Assembly (NCBI GenBank): GCA_963666835.2
Contig: CAXXGO010000006.1
Coordinates: forward strand, 416,001 to 480,000
Direction of reading: 5' to 3'
From: Phycisphaerae bacterium
GTDB taxonomy: Bacteria; Planctomycetota; Phycisphaerae; UBA1845
DNA length: 64,000 nucleotides
Below are positions 62,478 to 64,000 of the stretch, piece after piece. Position 1 is the stretch's first letter. Every line of letters starts with the position of its first letter. The notes under the pieces were generated by a model. The model made no database searches. It saw only the letters and a program-made list of their open reading frames with translations, and was not told the origin of the DNA. A program made the translations under genes and the position numbers.

Positions 62478-63998
62478 TCAGTCTTCACACGTCACGGGCC
62501 AGCAAGTTGGCCGGGCGCCCCAATCACCCGTTGCCTCCGCGGTGTCGACCGTTATTTCACCCAACGTACAAAGCTGGAACTCGGCATAGTCGCGCAGGTC
62601 TACGTCGCCGTCTGCGTCCATATCGGCTGGCGAGTCGGACGCAATACCAGGCCCCTCTAAGGCGTTCCACAGCACCGCAAAGTCAGCCAGATCGGCGCCG
62701 CCCTGGCCATCGAGGTCGCACATCGACTGTGCGGCGGCGATGCTCGCCAGCAGGTCCGCATGAAGCCGATGAAAATCCAGAATACTCATGCTGTCGTAGG
62801 CGTCGCCGCCGAACGGATCGAAGGCATACCCGGTGTGATCGCCGTACCGCTCGCTGAGCGCGCGAGCCACCCGCGTACGATTCCACCCTTCGCAGCCGGA
62901 CAGCACATTCAGATGCTCCGCAAGCTGGACCCCGTGCCGCATGCCCTTCAACCGGATCGTGGCAATACGCCCGTCGAACGATCCGTGCCCCGGCACGTTG
63001 TCGCCGGAGGGCAGCACGGCCAGCGCGTCGGCGTTGGCCCAATCCGTGTGGTAGTTGTCCCAATAGGGCAGGGCGCCGTCGAGGCCGTGCGACCAATGCC
63101 GTAGCGTATCGGCGCTATGCCCGGTGAGCGGATCGGTCGCGGCCGGTCCGGTTCCGTACCACCACCAGCTCTCGTCGATCGGCTCGGCGAAACGGCGATA
63201 GCGTGCCTGGCGGTAGTACCACTCGATATCGCCGCCCATCACCCGGAGGTCGCAGGTGCCACGCAACTGTCCCCAGTTCTGACCCCAGCGCGTACTCGTG
63301 TCGATTCGCCACTGCCAGTCGACGTCGGGCGCGTCCGCCGATTCCGCGCCTTGTTTAGCCAGATTCAGGAAGTAGGCCGTGGCTCGGAAATCGTCGGCCA
63401 CAGCGTGCTCCTCCAACGTCCAGAGGGAGATACACGGGTCGTAATAGTACTTGTTGTTCAAATACATCTGAAAGGCGGTATCGTGCCAGCCGCGGTCCTG
63501 AGCATACTCAGCAAACTCCCGCGCCACTTGGCGGTAGCCGGTTTCATATTCCGCGTCGAACGCGTCGAAAGCGTCCGGCATATCGTGCCAGGCCGTCGTG
63601 TCGTCACTATCAACCAGTCCGTTCCAGTAAGCCCATCCCGAACCGCTCGCGTCGAAGCCCCACACCGAGTCCGTCAAGCTGACCGGCCAGCCCTCGTGAA
63701 ATGCCGTGTAGAAGTCAGCGACGGGCGTGTTCTCGCCGGGCCCGTGATAGGGATACGTGGGGTGCGTAGGAGAGAATCCGGTCCCGTCTAAGAACGGTCC
63801 GTAATGGTCGGTGAACAGACTCCAGTCGTCTATTGTGGTCGATGCCCCGGTCCCACTCAGCACCGGAGCCCGGTCCTCGTTAACGCCGCCCGTCCAGCCG
63901 TAGGGCAACGTGTTGGGCACCGCCCGGTGCTTATGGCAAAGCTGAAAGACCTGATACCGCGAGCTTTCGCTGCTCCATTTATTGCCGTACCCGTTCAG
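62478..63998 (-). CDS. C-terminal part of a large, probably secreted protein (glycoside-hydrolase-like region plus dockerin/EF-hand-like pair); 5' end outside the window
   Basis: The frame is open to the window end; Trp/Asp-rich body; CDLDGQGGADLADF...DMDADGDVDLRDYAEFQ. Confidence 0.7.
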   Translation of the reverse strand: MNGYGNKWSSESSRYQVFQLCHKHRAVPNTLPYGWTGGVNEDRAPVLSGTGASTTIDDWSLFTDHYGPFLDGTGFSPTHPTYPYHGPGENTPVADFYTAFHEGWPVSLTDSVWGFDASGSGWAYWNGLVDSDDTTAWHDMPDAFDAFDAEYETGYRQVAREFAEYAQDRGWHDTAFQMYLNNKYYYDPCISLWTLEEHAVADDFRATAYFLNLAKQGAESADAPDVDWQWRIDTSTRWGQNWGQLRGTCDLRVMGGDIEWYYRQARYRRFAEPIDESWWWYGTGPAATDPLTGHSADTLRHWSHGLDGALPYWDNYHTDWANADALAVLPSGDNVPGHGSFDGRIATIRLKGMRHGVQLAEHLNVLSGCEGWNRTRVARALSERYGDHTGYAFDPFGGDAYDSMSILDFHRLHADLLASIAAAQSMCDLDGQGGADLADFAVLWNALEGPGIASDSPADMDADGDVDLRDYAEFQLCTLGEITVDTAEATGDWGARPTCWPVTCED

Positions 63999-64000
63999 AT

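Overview
A GC-rich bacterial chromosomal window. The 16S rRNA gene (5' region GGCTAAGGCATGCAAGTC) and the gene content point to Planctomycetota, most likely class Phycisphaerae; this is an inference, as no search was run. Housekeeping and transport genes are an alpha/beta hydrolase, a DsbD-like protein, FapA/DUF342, ABC-2, Fe(III)-type and Opp-type ABC parts, MFS, DMT, wecB, ugd, manA, an HDOD protein and recQ. The window also holds several large secreted Cys-rich or repeat proteins, a stand-alone 16S gene with its own promoter and terminator, an IS1182-family element and a group II intron. The most notable items are four. (1) A five-gene putative H2-sensing operon in which a cytoplasmic HupUV-like (group 2c-like) [NiFe]-hydrogenase and its endopeptidase sit between a kinase-less membrane Cache/HAMP/PAS sensor and a sensor-less hybrid histidine kinase. 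(2) An exported DUF1573-like protein split by an in-frame UGA at the conserved Cys position and followed by a SECIS-like hairpin, a candidate selenoprotein near a DsbD-like gene. (3) A dense multi-class system of GTAG/GTGG-headed REP-like palindromes, including a 362-bp-period composite array with an IS1182 inserted exactly in a hairpin loop. (4) A tiny Tyr/Asp-rich secreted peptide. Product calls come from motif recognition by eye, and start codons are best guesses.
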